Below, one piece after another: positions 41,351 to 54,019 of a stretch of DNA of 64,000 nucleotides; within the stretch, counting starts at the first letter, position 1, and every line of letters starts with the position of its first letter. The notes under the pieces are model-generated. The model did no database searches, was not told where the DNA came from, and saw nothing but the letters and a program-made list of their open reading frames with translations. The stretch is taken from contig OZ024745.1 of NCBI GenBank assembly GCA_964016885.1, positions 116,684,001 through 116,748,000 of the forward strand. The letters run 5' to 3'. This stretch comes from Eledone cirrhosa. Taxonomy: Eukaryota. The translations under genes and the position numbers were made by a program.

Positions 41351-41639
41351 TTCTTTGTCAGTGATGAACAAAAGGGCAACGATGGTTACTAATCACTGTA
41401 CGGCTTAATTCGGGCTGTTTGTTTACAAACAAACCGAGCATTATAATAAATGTTCGGTAAACCCATACGTACATATATATATATGTGTGCATGTATGTAT
41501 ATATATACATACTACTGTACGTCTGAATACATATATGTATGTACGTATACATACTTATATTTAAGTAACAGCCGTACTAAGAGTGGGAAATGAAATTTCG
41601 TTTCATTTTTTCCATATATATATATATATATATATATAG

Positions 41640-41948
41640 ACATTAATTTCTTCCACACTCCTTAGAATTTGGTGTATAGAATTCACTTTGAACGCTTGAC
41701 CGGCTCCACCCACTCCCTCATTGTTCTACAAGCAAGTTCACCCCCTTCCAATCCCCCAACCTCCCACCCACCGTCATGAAAGATTTAATTGTGTTTAGAA
41801 GAAATTTTGACCAATCATTTTGACAACTACAATTTCCCATATTAGGAATTACCCCTTGAAAAGTTCGGCTATTTGTTACCACGCTAAAAATCTACTTTAT
41901 TCCAGAAATAGCCGTCGGAACGGCTTGAGCTCTGCCATCGGGGTCTTG
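41640..41948 (+). mobile_element. Inverted pseudo-LTR of the Hydra-like PLE family, with a UUGAAAA hammerhead fold at 41851-41944
   Basis: Similar to 43720-44050 (minus strand) and 59900-60190; flanked by (TA)n. Confidence 0.75.
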
Positions 41949-41992
41949 AATATATGTATATATATATGTATATATATATGTATATATATATG

Positions 41993-42060
<68 letters not shown>

Positions 42061-42329
42061 GTCTAAATCAGCTGCTATATTTTTAGCTTGTATTACGTTT
42101 TCGGGAAATGCTATATAGAATTTACTGGGGTGGGGTACTGAGGCTACAAAAGCCCGATGGGCTGCCCCAGGCTAAGCGAAAGAGGAAAAAGGAAAAGTAA
42201 GAGGATAGGAAGTGGAAGGAAGTGAGAAGAAGAGATAAAGGGAAAAAAGAAAAGAAGTACATCTACCTATGTATGCTGGCTTTCCCCTATCTTGTTCGGC
42301 AAGTGGGGAAAAGAAGGATGTTATAGCCA

Positions 42330-43694
42330 TTGTATACCCACCCGGGTCATGAGAGGGTTTGATGGCGAGGTAAGTTCTATGCAATCGGTGTTTACATGCG
42401 GTTACAAGTTCGTCTTTTTTGTTTAGGAGTTGATCCTTCGTAAACAGCATTTGTATTGTTTCCTCCGACCATAAGTTACACGGTCGGCCTCCTCCTGTGT
42501 AGGAGTTAGCCCTGGAAAGTATACTTCAAATAAGATGGTATGTGATGTTATTATCTTGGAGGTCCCAGACGTGGCCCGAAAGTGTAGTGGCATGTCGCCG
42601 GGCCGGGTTTCTGAACGTATGTCGGTGTTAGTAGAGCCGGGTCTTAAACTCACAAGCGGTTAATCCTATATAGGCTTTGTTGGAGTTTTCCGTCCTCACG
42701 CTGCATTGGTAGATCACGTTATGTTCTCGGCATCTGTTGTTGAGGGGGCACGTAGATCTATCAGGGCAGTTACACCTCCTGGTCGGCTCTCCACTAATGT
42801 CTAGGTTGTTTCTTCCATAGGAGTTGAGTTTCTTGTTGTTTGAGGAGGCAATGTTTTGTGCGAAGTTGGGTGTGGTGCTGTAAGAGAGTTTGATAGTGTT
42901 TTTGTTAATTATGTTGTGGTAGCGGTGTTGTGGTGGGAAGTGTTTTTCGAGGAGTCTAAAGAAGATTTTCCAGATTGGTGTTGCCACCTCGGCATTGTGG
43001 GGAGGGTTGAACCACGTTACGTGGCATGAGCGGCGGCGTCGCCTGCTGGTTCCGCTAAGGGAAGCTGGATAAAAGGAGATTCCCTCCCGAAAGCCGCTTC
43101 GCTTAAGGGCCTGGCTGTAATAAGGCGCATGTTCATCGAATATCTGCTCATTAAGGGACAAACGAGATATGCGGAGAGAGATGTTTTTAACCAGGTTATT
43201 GGTGATGTTTCTAGGATGGTTAGAGCGGCGGTAGGTGTCGTGAAGGTTGTCATTTGGTTTCCTGTATGGGTAGTACAGATCATTTTCGAGGTTGAGGGAA
43301 ACGTCCAGAAAATTGACTCGGGTCACAGACGTCTGTAGGGTGATTTTAAATCCCCAGTCCCGGTAGAAGTTGATTAGGTGTTTACGGACCCGGTCTGTAC
43401 TACTGGGGTTGTACCCTTTGAGGGTAAGGAGCCCATCGTCACGGTACTATCCAAGGCCGAACGCAGGAAACATTTCGATGAGTTTATGTAGTAGGAATAA
43501 TCCTATAAGATCGGTCACCTCCGTCAAGTGGGTCGCACCCATACTGACATCGAAGGGGGAGTCGGGAGTCTCTTTCCCCAGTTGGAGTTGTCGAAGAGGA
43601 AGACCGATGATGTTTCTTTCCTGGTTGGTGATGGGTGTGAGTGTTTTGGCAAAGTCCAAAGCGGCCGTAAGGAGCGGTAGGGTAATGGAGGCGT
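42330..43694 (-). pseudogene. Penelope-like element RT + GIY-YIG endonuclease relic (Hydra-clade-like), 5'-truncated at (TA)n
   Basis: YASIT..ALDFAK, FDVSMG, YRDDG, VNFLDV, YRKP, SNHP, WFNPP, linker CNCPDRSTCPL..C, VIY..AYIGLT..FKTR, C-terminal LLNKKDELVTACKH..DPG; in-frame stops. Confidence 0.9.
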
Positions 43695-43719
43695 ATATAT
43701 ATATATATATATATATATA

Positions 43720-44350
43720 GGAAAACGTATGACCCCGACGGCAGAGCTCAAGCCGTTTGGACAGCTATTTCTGGACTAAATTAGAATTTTTAGCCTGGTG
43801 AATATATAGCCGAACTTGTCAAAGAGGGTACTTCCTTATATGGGAAGATTGTAGTTGTCAAGAGGATTGGTTAAAATTTGTTGTAAACACAGATAAGTCT
43901 ATCATGGCATTTGGTGGGGAGTAGGGGTGGCTGAACTTGCCTGTAGAACAATAGGGAAGTGAGTGGAGCGGTCAAGAGTTAAAAGTGATATGTATACAGC
44001 AGATTCTAAGGATAGTGTATCAAATGGAGGAGGGAAGTTATAGAATAGGTAATTCGAATGAGAGTAGGAGACAATAAAAGATAATAGCAAGAAATAAAAA
44101 AATATATAAAATTAGATAGTGAGAAAGAAATTTAAAAAAATCACAATGCTATCTTACAATTACAGGTTAATAAGTTGAGAATAGACAAAAATTGTAGAAA
44201 AGGAGTAGTAACAAAACTGATACAAAATTAAAGGGGTCTAACACATCTGCTATAAGTAGTTAGTGAAACGTATTCGGCCAATTCTATCTTAAAATTACAG
44301 GGGTGGGGGAACTGATGCTACAGAGGCCCGATGCTGCATCGGGGTAGACG
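43720..44350 (-). mobile_element. Upstream pseudo-LTR of the PLE, with a UUGACAA hammerhead fold at 43732-43829
   Basis: Its 5' part resembles the 3' UTR after the ORF (42110-42170); full paralogue at 59618-60200. Confidence 0.8.
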
Positions 44351-44412
44351 AAAGAGGAAAAGCAGACGAGGAAGAAAACCCCTTATTTTCTTCCTCGTCT
44401 GCTTTTCCCCTT

Positions 44413-44521
44413 TCTACCACTGACACTAATGTATATATTCTACTTCTGACACTATAGTGTATATATTCTACCACTGAACCTGTAATGTATATATTCTACC
44501 ACTGACACTGTGGTGTGTATA
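44413..44521. repeat. Short tandem repeat of about 27 bp, 4 units
   Basis: TGTATATATTCTACCACTGACACT-like units. Confidence 0.8.
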
Positions 44522-46129
44522 TTTGAGAAATAAACTCCTTTTCTCCCCTTTCAGAGCCATAAATTCATCCAATTACTAAAAAACTGCTTTTTCAACCCTC
44601 TGTCTTTTTTATTGGTGTCTTTTTGTATTACCGCCAGGCCATCCTTGAATAATGAATGATATTCCAACCATGCATCTGCCATCTATTTTATGATGTAAAC
44701 ATTGTATTCCCTGGACTGCATTGTCCCATCTGTCCTTTTCTAAGATTAAAGGGAAATTTAACTTCCCCGTAGTTGCTCACCCGTCAGGTTCTGAACACTT
44801 TGCCATTTGATTCAGACATCATAATTACAATATATATGTACATCTATCTGAGCAGGAAGTTAATGTAGAAATCTTTATTCTCTACATGATTTTTGTTCAC
44901 TAACCCATTAAGATGTCATTGAAAATTTTATTTCCATCATTAATGATAGTTATTCATTACGTTAATCTTATCTCAATTTACGAATTTATGTGATTGCATG
45001 GGGTGTTAGCACAGATGCAATTAGTACTAGAAAATTAAATTAACTAACATTTCAAGAATAAATTAGTTAAAATTCTGAAACCAATATTGTAGTTTTTTTT
45101 TTTATAGTTTTTGAAGGGAGAAATATCGTTTTCTCAAAAATAAACTCCCAAAGAACGTTTGAAAATAAAACTAAGCCCGCGTTAATGTAAGAACAGCTTC
45201 TATATATAAATGCTACAATCAGTGATAAAAATTGGAGGGTATACAGCAGGATGTTTTTCTCCTATTTTGCTATCTTCGGTGGGGTTGTTATAGTTTATAT
45301 GTCCCTCCTTCTCCAGCTCAGCTTCACGGACCTTAGCCTACTGATCTTCCTAAAACTTTTTTCCATCACTGGTTATAATTATAATGCATGCTCTTGTTTT
45401 ACACTGAGAAGGACTCTCATCCGTGCATGAAAAATCAGATGAATTTTATTTGCGATAACGTATTTTATTGTACAAACTCTATGCGCTTTTTACTAACCAA
45501 TGATCGACGGTAGTAAATATTACATTTATCTGTTCGATTGCTTCTACTCTTATGAGGGGTCAACAAATCTAGTAGAGAATAAGAATTATGTTGGGGACAT
45601 TAATTCCATGAACTAAATGTTTGGACAAGCACAAAACTTCGAAAACTTTCTGAAATATTACAAATAGATATTTAAAAAGTCTCATATGTGGGGCATGAAA
45701 GATTTATAGCAGAGACTATGTGACAGGTTTTAGTTTACTGTACCAGTCCTTAATGCCATTGCTTCTTGTCTGTATAGCTAATACGTTTTAGACAATAAAC
45801 TTGATTCTACATATTCCAGTTCAACCACCACCTGTCTACAATAGGTAGTACATCATGTGGAAATGATACCTTATACAGATTGCAGCTCTCTCTAGGGAGA
45901 CATTTATCCTTCGCCTACTTAATGCTATAAAACTGAAACGAAACTAACCTAATAAAAAATTGAGTTTTAGATACATTATATTGTAGAGGAGTATTCGAAA
46001 CAAGCTGACGTATCTCTTGGTTGTAGGCGAATAAACAGAGCATTTAGTCTCTATTAAAGAGAAGATTTATTTTTGTTTCTTTGACGAAGGTATTTCGTTT
46101 CACTTTAGCAAACACACTCCAGAGATGTG

Positions 46130-46511
46130 CTCTCTCTCTATCTCTCTCTCTATCTATCTATCTCTATCTATCTCTCTATCTCTATCTATCTCTCTTTATC
46201 TCTCTCGTTCTCGCTCTCTCTCTCTCTCACTTTCTCTGTTCTTTTTCTCTTTCACTCTCTCTTTCCATCTCTCTCGCTCTCTTTTTCTCTCTCTCTCTCT
46301 CACTCGCTATTCTCACTCTCTCTCTCTCTCTCTCTCTTCGTTTCTCTCTCCCTCCCTCCTCTCTCTCTATCTCTCTCACTCTTCTTTTTTTCTCTCTCTA
46401 TCTCACTATCTCTCTCTTCGTTCATTCTCTCTCCCTCTCTCTCTATCTATCTCTCTCATTCTTCTTTCTCTCTCTCTCTCCCTCTCTCTCTCTATATATA
46501 TATATATCTCA

Positions 46512-46605
<94 letters not shown>

Positions 46606-46631
46606 TTTCTCTTCTCACTATCTCTCTCTTC

Positions 46632-46662
<31 letters not shown>

Positions 46663-46740
46663 TCTCTCCATCTCTATTCTCTCTCTATCTATCTCTATCT
46701 ATCTCTATCTATCTCTGCTCTCTCCCTCTTTCACTCTCCC
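46130..46740. repeat. (CT)n-rich compound microsatellite
   Basis: Direct reading. Confidence 0.97.
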
Positions 46741-46819
46741 TACTACAATTGTGGACTTTGTACTTGAGACTGGCTGTTTTCCTGCGACGTCTAATCTTGC
46801 TCTGTCAACCCATCTGTCT

Positions 46820-47002
46820 CATTTCCTCACATCACATTTAGTGCAGCCCCACTCACATATTCTGCAGCTCTCCTCTCACATATAGTGCAGCTCTCCCTCT
46901 CCCCCTCACATCACATATAGTACAGTCCTACCCGCCTCACATCCTATATAATGCAGCCCTTCCCCTCACATCACATATAGTACAGCCCCCTCCCCTCACA
47001 TC
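46820..47002. repeat. Tandem repeat of about 30 bp (GTGCAGCCC..CCCTCACATCACATATA)
   Basis: Direct reading. Confidence 0.8.
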
Positions 47003-47113
47003 GACCCCACACTAATCATTACTGTCGGTATTTAAGAATCTTGTCCATACAATCGCCAACTGTGTCGTTCGGTGGCACAGCTACGCCATACCAATGAAAG
47101 ATATTCCTCTATA

Positions 47114-47349
47114 CAGGGTGAGCCAGAATTCATGAGTCACTTCATTATTTATAGATCTACTAGAGATCTATAAACCTGTGAGGCATATTAAGAAATAAAA
47201 TAATAAATTAAAACAATACAATAACAATAAAATAAACATGTTAAGAAATATAACTAACAAGGGCGGTGCCCCAGCATGGCCTCAGCCGGATGGCTGGAGC
47301 AGGTAAAAGAGTAAAAGAGTAAGAGAGTCATCAATTCTGACCCACCCTG
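47114..47349. mobile_element. Tc1/mariner-type MITE with TA TSD, containing a retroposon 3' tail
   Basis: TA-CAGGGTGAGCCAGAATTCATGA..TCATCAATTCTGACCCACCCTG-TA; internal CCCCAGCATGGCC..(GTAAAAGA)n. Confidence 0.75.
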
Positions 47350-47644
47350 TATTTAAACTTCAAATAAGTTCCATGAATTCACTGAGATTTATTCAATTTG
47401 GCGCTAGTTTCGCTGTGGGTCAAACTCTTCTGATGTAATTTTCTCTTGTTAACTGTTTTCTATAATAGTAAACAGCAGATAAAAATATAGAAATCTTATC
47501 TTGAATTGAATACGAAAGTGCGGCGCATTATTGAATGATGTTGATGGATGCTATCTTTACTTCATATAAAACCACGTGTCATAATTTTCGGGCAGCCATA
47601 AACAAGTTTGTATAAAAGCCTTCTTTTGAATTTGTTTGCAACAA

Positions 47645-47880
47645 CCCAGGCTCTGCTGCACCTCGGGCCGAAAGAGGATAAACTCTCCAAATATCGGTCG
47701 CTTTCCGTGGCAGTAGATATTGGTCTTTGGGCATCCGCCCTGCTCACCATCATCGGCACAGAGTTGGCTACCAGCAGGTGTGAGCCTCGTCAGCTGGAAT
47801 GGCTCATCCAGCGCATCTCCCTCATCCTCCTCCGGGGAAACGCCTTCTCTATTCTGTCCGCTGGGGTCGAGGGGTGGTCA
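47645..47880 (+). mobile_element. CRE-like LINE 3' fragment
   Basis: KLSKY..VAVDIG..ELATSRCEPRQLEWLIQRISLILLRGNAFSIL. Confidence 0.75.
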
Positions 47881-48836
47881 GAGTGTAGCCCTTTCTGTCT
47901 CTCTATATTTACACTAATTTCAATTCTCAGTTACATTATTCGTTCCAATGAACAAACACACTGACTATTGTCTTGACGCAATATTAATGATATGACAACC
48001 CCGGACTTCTTATTATAGTCTATTAATTCTGTATGAAACAGCTATTTATGTTTTCATCTGAAGAAATGCTATACTATAATTCAAAATTTGGAGATAGTAG
48101 GTAACTGCCTCATGAACATTTAACTGTTTTAATGAGTACCCTGAGAAATGACATTGTTTCTAGCTTCATTGTGGAATACTGCAAACGGTAAGAAGCCCAA
48201 AACATTTGAAATTATAGGCATTAATGATAGCCGCCATTACATTTTAAAAAATTGTCCCAATACATTAAAAGTGTTTGAAGACTATCACGTTGCCATAGTG
48301 AATTAAAGTAGTTACACAACCAGACTCTATATTAATGTGCTAACAAAATACCACAGCGTTATTATATAACTAAAGCTTCAAAAGTTCATTAAATGTGCTA
48401 TAATACATTACTTGAACGCAACACATTAATGTTGTCCTGAAAACTATTATTATGTAGTACGTTAACATGAAGATTAATATATCAGCTGATATTTAATTAG
48501 TTCTGTTTCTATAATTTTTCTAAATTTTCTACAAGAAATAACTGTATTGGTAACTTCCCTCAAAGTATTTCGTCAGTAATTTACAATTATAACCTAGATG
48601 GTCTGCTACGTTAACCTTTTTAAACTTTGCACACCATTCCCCTATGGACAATATATTATCTTCTTTGTGTTCCAATATAACTTTCTGATAATCAATTTCC
48701 GTTCCTTTTGCCAAGACATTTTATATTCTAACTATAATAGAAGTAGAAAGCTCATCAATAAGAAGCAATATTTTAGCTTACAGAGTTAAATATTTTACAT
48801 ATAAATGAATATACTTCAAAGTAAATTCAGCTATGA

Positions 48837-49116
48837 ATAATTGTTTCTACTTTTGGCACAAAGCCACAATTGTCCCAGTGCATTACTGGTACTTTAATAA
48901 TGGTTTCTTATATAGGCACAAAGCCAGCAATTTGGGGGGAGGGGAAAGTCGATCAAATCGACTCCAGTGCATTACTGGTACTTTATTTTATTGACCCCGT
49001 AAGGATGAAAGGCAAAGTTAACCGCGGCGGGATTGAACTGAGAACGAAACGGGACAAAACTCTTTGCCGCCAAGCATGGTGTCCGACGCTCTACTGATAC
49101 TGCCAATCCACCACCC
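48837..49116 (-). mobile_element. SINE family A: short 3' piece plus a full long-tail copy
   Basis: Two tandem reverse-complement matches. Confidence 0.9.
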
Positions 49117-49169
49117 TCAATAATAATAATAATAACCTTTTTCGTTTATTTACTACAAAGGTCCATACA

Positions 49170-49283
49170 TTCAAATCCCGCCGAGGTTAACTTTGCCTTT
49201 CATCCTTACGGGGTCGATAAAATAAAGTACCAGTAATACACTGGGATAATTGCTGACCTTGTGCCAAAAGTAGAAATAATTAT
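49170..49283 (+). mobile_element. 5'-truncated SINE family A
   Basis: From the B-box to the tail. Confidence 0.9.
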
Positions 49284-49624
49284 TTATTAATCCATATTTT
49301 ATATTTTATATGTCTTTTCAAGCTAGTCAAAAAAAATTTCGGACAATGTAAACAAAAGGAAGATAACTCATTTACAATGTAAAAGCATTTTTTAACTTAT
49401 AGGGAATCTCTTCTCTCACGTCCAGCGATATTTTAAGAAGGTTAAACTATCTATTGTATATATTCTAATTGATGTCTAATTAAATATTGAACTATCCTTA
49501 TCAAATCATAGGATAAAAAAAACTCTCAATGAGGTTATTCTATTACATATAAATATCTATAAATTATTACTTCAATTAGGCAAAATTTACATATATTTAA
49601 GTTGTTATTTCTCCTTATTTTTTT

Positions 49625-50350
49625 TTAACTGGAACATTGCCTGGAAAGTTTTACCAAGTTTATGACAACTACTAAATAATTCCTTTTTTTGTTGTTAATT
49701 AAATTGTCATAGTTTGTGATTATGTGAAGAATCTCTTCATTGCAAAGATGGCAAAGTTCTGAGATTGCTGAATTATGGTAAAGGGTAGCATCGTGTAATT
49801 TCCTCCAAGAGATGGAGTATTTAATGTTATTGTCCTTTAAAGACCATACTAATTGTGAAAGTGAAGTTGAAAATTGTTTATCCAACCTATTAAAAGTATG
49901 TCTGTGATTATACCAACGTTCCTTAAATGTAGATGAAGTGGCACCTATGTAATTATATATATTATCATTTGCCTTAATGGTACATTTATATACTAGATTT
50001 TTATGAAGGCAATTATTTTGTAAAGGGCATTGAGACCTATTTCTACAATTACATTTATTCTCATTGTTATTTACAAACATTATACTATTCTCATTGCTAT
50101 TTAAAGGCGTTATACTATTATTCGTGTTTAAACTGTTTTTATTGTTATTCCTATTAACTAATATATTATTATTATTATTACTCAGTAGAGGTTGGTTTGA
50201 TTTTAGATTCTTATTATTTATTTTTGCTACATTTTGAGCAATATTCATGACATAGAATAACAACAGCCAATGGGATGACAAGAGTGGAAAATGTTTTTTG
50301 AGGGTGTTTTTTGACGATAACACCCCAGTGAGAAAATTTTCTCCGAACGA
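49625..50350 (-). pseudogene. Second Hydra-like PLE relic (RT tail, CxCx5C linker, GIY-YIG endonuclease)
   Basis: KHFP, CNCRNRSQCPLQNNC, LVY..NYIGATSSTFKERWYNH, STSLSQLVW, CHLCNEE, LINNKK. Confidence 0.88.
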
Positions 50351-50356
50351 ACTACC

Positions 50357-50447
50357 CGTGTCCGAAGGAACCTGGAGCCGTAGAATCAGCCAGATCCATA
50401 CAGTGATCATGTCTCGAGCTACCTGCCGGCGAAACAATTGTAACACG
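50357..50447 (+). ncRNA. Decayed hammerhead motif in the inverted 5' segment of the PLE relic
   Basis: CGTGT-CCGAAGG-..GCCG..CGGC-GAAA-CAATTG-TA-ACACG; stems I and III intact. Confidence 0.55.
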
Positions 50448-50579
50448 CAATAAACTGAGTCCAGATGCATCACTGATTTTTCGTTTTTTTATACTATCCA
50501 CACTCTGTTCAGTATGAATATTGAGTGCTAATTTTGGCATACCGCCTATGGAAGCACCAGAGCTACCATTATACACAAG

Positions 50580-50652
<73 letters not shown>
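50580..50652. repeat. (TA)n microsatellite
   Basis: Direct reading. Confidence 0.98.
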
Positions 50653-50658
<6 letters not shown>

Positions 50659-51327
50659 AATATCGTTTTTTTACAAAAGCAATATAAAAAATTATAAAGA
50701 TAGTTGGAGAAGTTAAACAGCTCAAAATAGAGTAATTTATTATAAGCAATACAAAAGGCTATGTATCATACCCCTGTGAAAGCATTTATTTATGTACATA
50801 TAAGTGGATTTATATCTATATATATGTGTATGTATTTAAGTGTGTGTGTATGTAGGTAGATGTGAATGTATGTGTATATATATGTTTAAGCCTATGTTCA
50901 TGTATGTATATTTGTATATATGTGTGTGTGTGTATTTATGTAGACCATATATCAGGGACCTCTGTAACTGCTGATTTGAGGAGGAAATATAGTATTTCTC
51001 TCGTTTTTCTTCTTTTTTTTTTGTTAAACAGAGTTTAGGTATTTTCTTTTTCTTGGACCTACTATTTCTAACTATGTACCTCTCCATATTCATTTTCTTT
51101 TCCTGGTTCCGACATTTGGTCAACATTTCTCAGATTAGCAATCTTAGAAATATTACTGCTATAGCTCTTACAAATAACATAGTATCATTGTTTAAATATC
51201 TCCTGTTTCAGTTGCTTCCATTCTATTCATTTTTCTCTGGGTTTCTGTTTATAAAAATACTCTAGGGGGCTTAATCGGCGCTGCCTCGTGTCTTACTAGA
51301 CCCTTTTTTCACTTTCTTAGACAAAGA

Positions 51328-51547
51328 ATAATGATTTCTAGTATTGACACAAGGCCAGTAATTTGGGTGGGAGGGGAAAGTCGATTAAATCGACCCCTGT
51401 ACGTTACTGGTGCTTTATTTTATCGACCCCGCAAGGATGAAAATCAAAGTTTACCTCGGCAGGATTTGAACTGAGACCGTAAAGGAACGTAGCTCTATGC
51501 TGCAAAGCATGGTCTCCGACTCTCTACCGATACTGCCAATCCACTGA
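51328..51547 (-). mobile_element. SINE family A, long-tail variant
   Basis: Reverse complement of the consensus. Confidence 0.9.
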
Positions 51548-51717
51548 CTTAGAGAGAGAATAATAAACAACAATTTTAGCTCAAAATATAAATTTCCTTT
51601 ATTCCGGAGTATAGGTCAAAATGATAGAAATACTCTTTCTAGCAGAACAAAGCAGAAACCTTGTGGAAAAATTCAACTTTTGTAGAAATATCTCAAAGAC
51701 CTCCGTACATTTTAATG

Positions 51718-51940
51718 CTGGGCCACCGCCGCTTCTGACAACGAATGTTCCAGTTGTTTGTTCAATGTGGGCCACCGCCCCTTCTGACAACGAGTGTTCC
51801 AGTTGTTTGTTCCAGGTGGGTCACTGCCGCTTCTAACAAAGAGTGTTCCAGCCTGTTCAGAAAAAGTAACGTGGAATCGATTGAACATTCCACAGACACG
51901 TCTACTTCTAACGTAATGTTCAGGGAGATTCGTTGTGAGT
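51718..51940 (+). repeat. Three tandem units of about 49 bp, probably from an old retroposon
   Basis: GGGCCACCGCC.CTTCTGACAACGA.TGTTCCAGTTGTTTGTTC repeated three times. Confidence 0.75.
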
Positions 51941-51979
51941 AAAGTGTCTTATTCAAGGACAATTAAATTTAATACACAA

Positions 51980-52420
51980 TAATTATTAATTTAAGCACTA
52001 TGCTAGCAATTTGGGGGAGAGGAAATTCCTGTAAATTGATACCAGTATTTCATAGGTACTCTATTTTATCGACCCAAGAAGGATAGAAATTGAAGTTGGG
52101 TTCGGTGGGATTAAATTATGAACGTACAGTGCCACAAAGGCAATTGTATCCGCGGCTCACCCAATTCTGCCGATCTACCACCCTGTTAATACACAATAAT
52201 ACTGACAATGTTAGATGTAATTTAAATAAAAGCTCAGCAATTTCGGGGACGGGAAAGTCGATTATAGTGACCTCTGTATTTGACGAGTACTATATTTTAT
52301 CGACCTTTAGAGGATGAAAGGTAAAGTTGACCACATTGAGATTTGAACTCAGAACATAAAGCGTCTGAAGAAATACTGTGAAGTATTTGACCGCCCACTA
52401 AGGATTCCTCCAATCCATCA
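51980..52420 (-). mobile_element. Two old, diverged SINE family A copies
   Basis: ATTTTATCGACC..GGAT..AA..AAGTT..GATTTGAACTCAG motifs twice. Confidence 0.65.
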
Positions 52421-52544
52421 GCCTCATTATATGTCTAATAGTAAAAAAATAATTTTGCCAACAAAAATATTTATTTATATGAACCCGTATAAAATATGCG
52501 GATGTGTAATAAACACACATCTATTTCTGCTGTTGCTAAAGAAA

Positions 52545-52731
52545 TATTTTTCTACTTTTTGGCACAAGGCCAGCAAATACCCAGTGCATTACTGGTACTT
52601 TATTTTATCGACCCCGTAAGGATGAAAGGCAAAGTTAACCTCGGCGGGATTTGAACTCAGATCGTAAAGGGACGTAACTATGTTGGAAAGCATGGCGTCC
52701 GACCCTCTACCGATACTGCCAATCCACCACC
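52545..52731 (-). mobile_element. SINE family A, 19-bp TSD
   Basis: CTGTTGCTAAAGAAATATT at 52530-52548 and 52731-52749. Confidence 0.95.
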
Positions 52732-53919
52732 TGTTGCTAAAGAAATATTAATGTCTTTTCACTCAGCACGATGTTTATATGCTTATGAATATTGGAGATT
52801 GGGACATTTTTGTCAACACCAAGTGTATTAATGGTGAAATTAACATAAACTGGCTTCAGCTAAATAAGGCCACGATTTCACGTGAAAATAGCTGACTTAT
52901 TTCATCACCTTTTCATTGATAAATATTGATTTATTACACTGCACAGGACCAAAGACTTACTGGAATATCGTACCATTGATTGAACTAAATAGACTATATA
53001 CCTGATATTTATTGTATCTAAACATGAGGGGGCGCAATGTTGTTTCCAATGTTATTAGGATTCAGAAAATATAAGCCTAGTTTTTTATTCATTTGTTCTT
53101 TCAATCATTGATTCAAAGAATTTCCCAATGACTCGAGACTGGTTCTTGTCTTCCTTTCTTTCGAGAATTATTTTTAACACTATTAGTGTCAGAGCAATTG
53201 ATAGACTACAAGAACAAGATATCCATTTACATATGAACTATATGTAAACGGATAACTATGACGCCCGAACGAGTATCTTCTATCTCCAACTAACTTACCG
53301 TCAGGTTGCAGAATGCATTAACCCGGGTGACTTGAAGGAGACACTCCACTTGGCGGGGCTGGCCCATGCGGACAGTCAACATTAGTAGTTTGATAGCTTA
53401 TTGTTGGAATAAGAAATCCCTCGTATCTATAACATTTCAACCATGCTCTAGTAATTATTCCGCAATATCAGTCTCTGGCCTTGTATCTGACTATGATATA
53501 TGATTATAATTTTTCGGATTATTAACCTCAACTTTAGACAAGAAATATATGTTTGCTTTACATTTGTATAAACATTGATTCAATGGTAATCTCTGGTACT
53601 TTATTAAAATATGTTAATAATCATGGGCTGGATTCTAATTACGTAGCTTTATTTCTGAACCAAGAGTAGTTACCAACTTCGTTATTTACTATCTCACTGA
53701 CACCTGTATATATGTAATCTAATATTTCACTTATATATATATGTATGGAGTCGTAACTCCCGAGGGACTCGTAGAGGCACCATATTGATACACGGCGTTC
53801 TAGTGCAATTATAAACCTGCTGGAGCTCATCACTTCTCCAGGTCTGAATACAGCAAATTTCTTCCAGAGAAGAATAGAGAGAGCGAAAGAAAAGAAGTGA
53901 GAAATAGATGTAGAGGAAG

Positions 53920-54010
53920 AATCGACTCCATTACTTGACAAATACTTATTTATCGACCTTGAATGAATGAAAGGCAAAGCTGACCTCGGCGGGATTTGAA
54001 CTCAGACGTT
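53920..54010 (-). mobile_element. Partial SINE family A
   Basis: Core to B-box only. Confidence 0.75.
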
Positions 54011-54019
54011 CGATCTCTG

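Larger units (their letters stand above)
40820..41560. mobile_element. Fold-back (about 300-bp arms) of a (TA)n-anchored PLE-type module carrying an HHR in each arm
   Basis: 40820-41227 (minus the SINE) is the reverse complement of 41253-41560. Confidence 0.9.

Noticed and set aside
42500-42640. In-frame TGA in the PLE endonuclease as possible selenocysteine recoding
   Set aside because: The TGA aligns with a Trp in the paralogue (YSISW), and TAA/TAG stops also occur, so this is ordinary decay.
48529-48714. Protein-like short ORF (AKGTEIDYQKVILEHK..)
   Set aside because: No in-frame splice acceptor after the upstream stop and no recognisable homology.
49625-50473. The 282-aa ORF as an intact gene
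   Set aside because: It is a chimeric read-through from an inverted non-coding segment into a truncated PLE endonuclease region.
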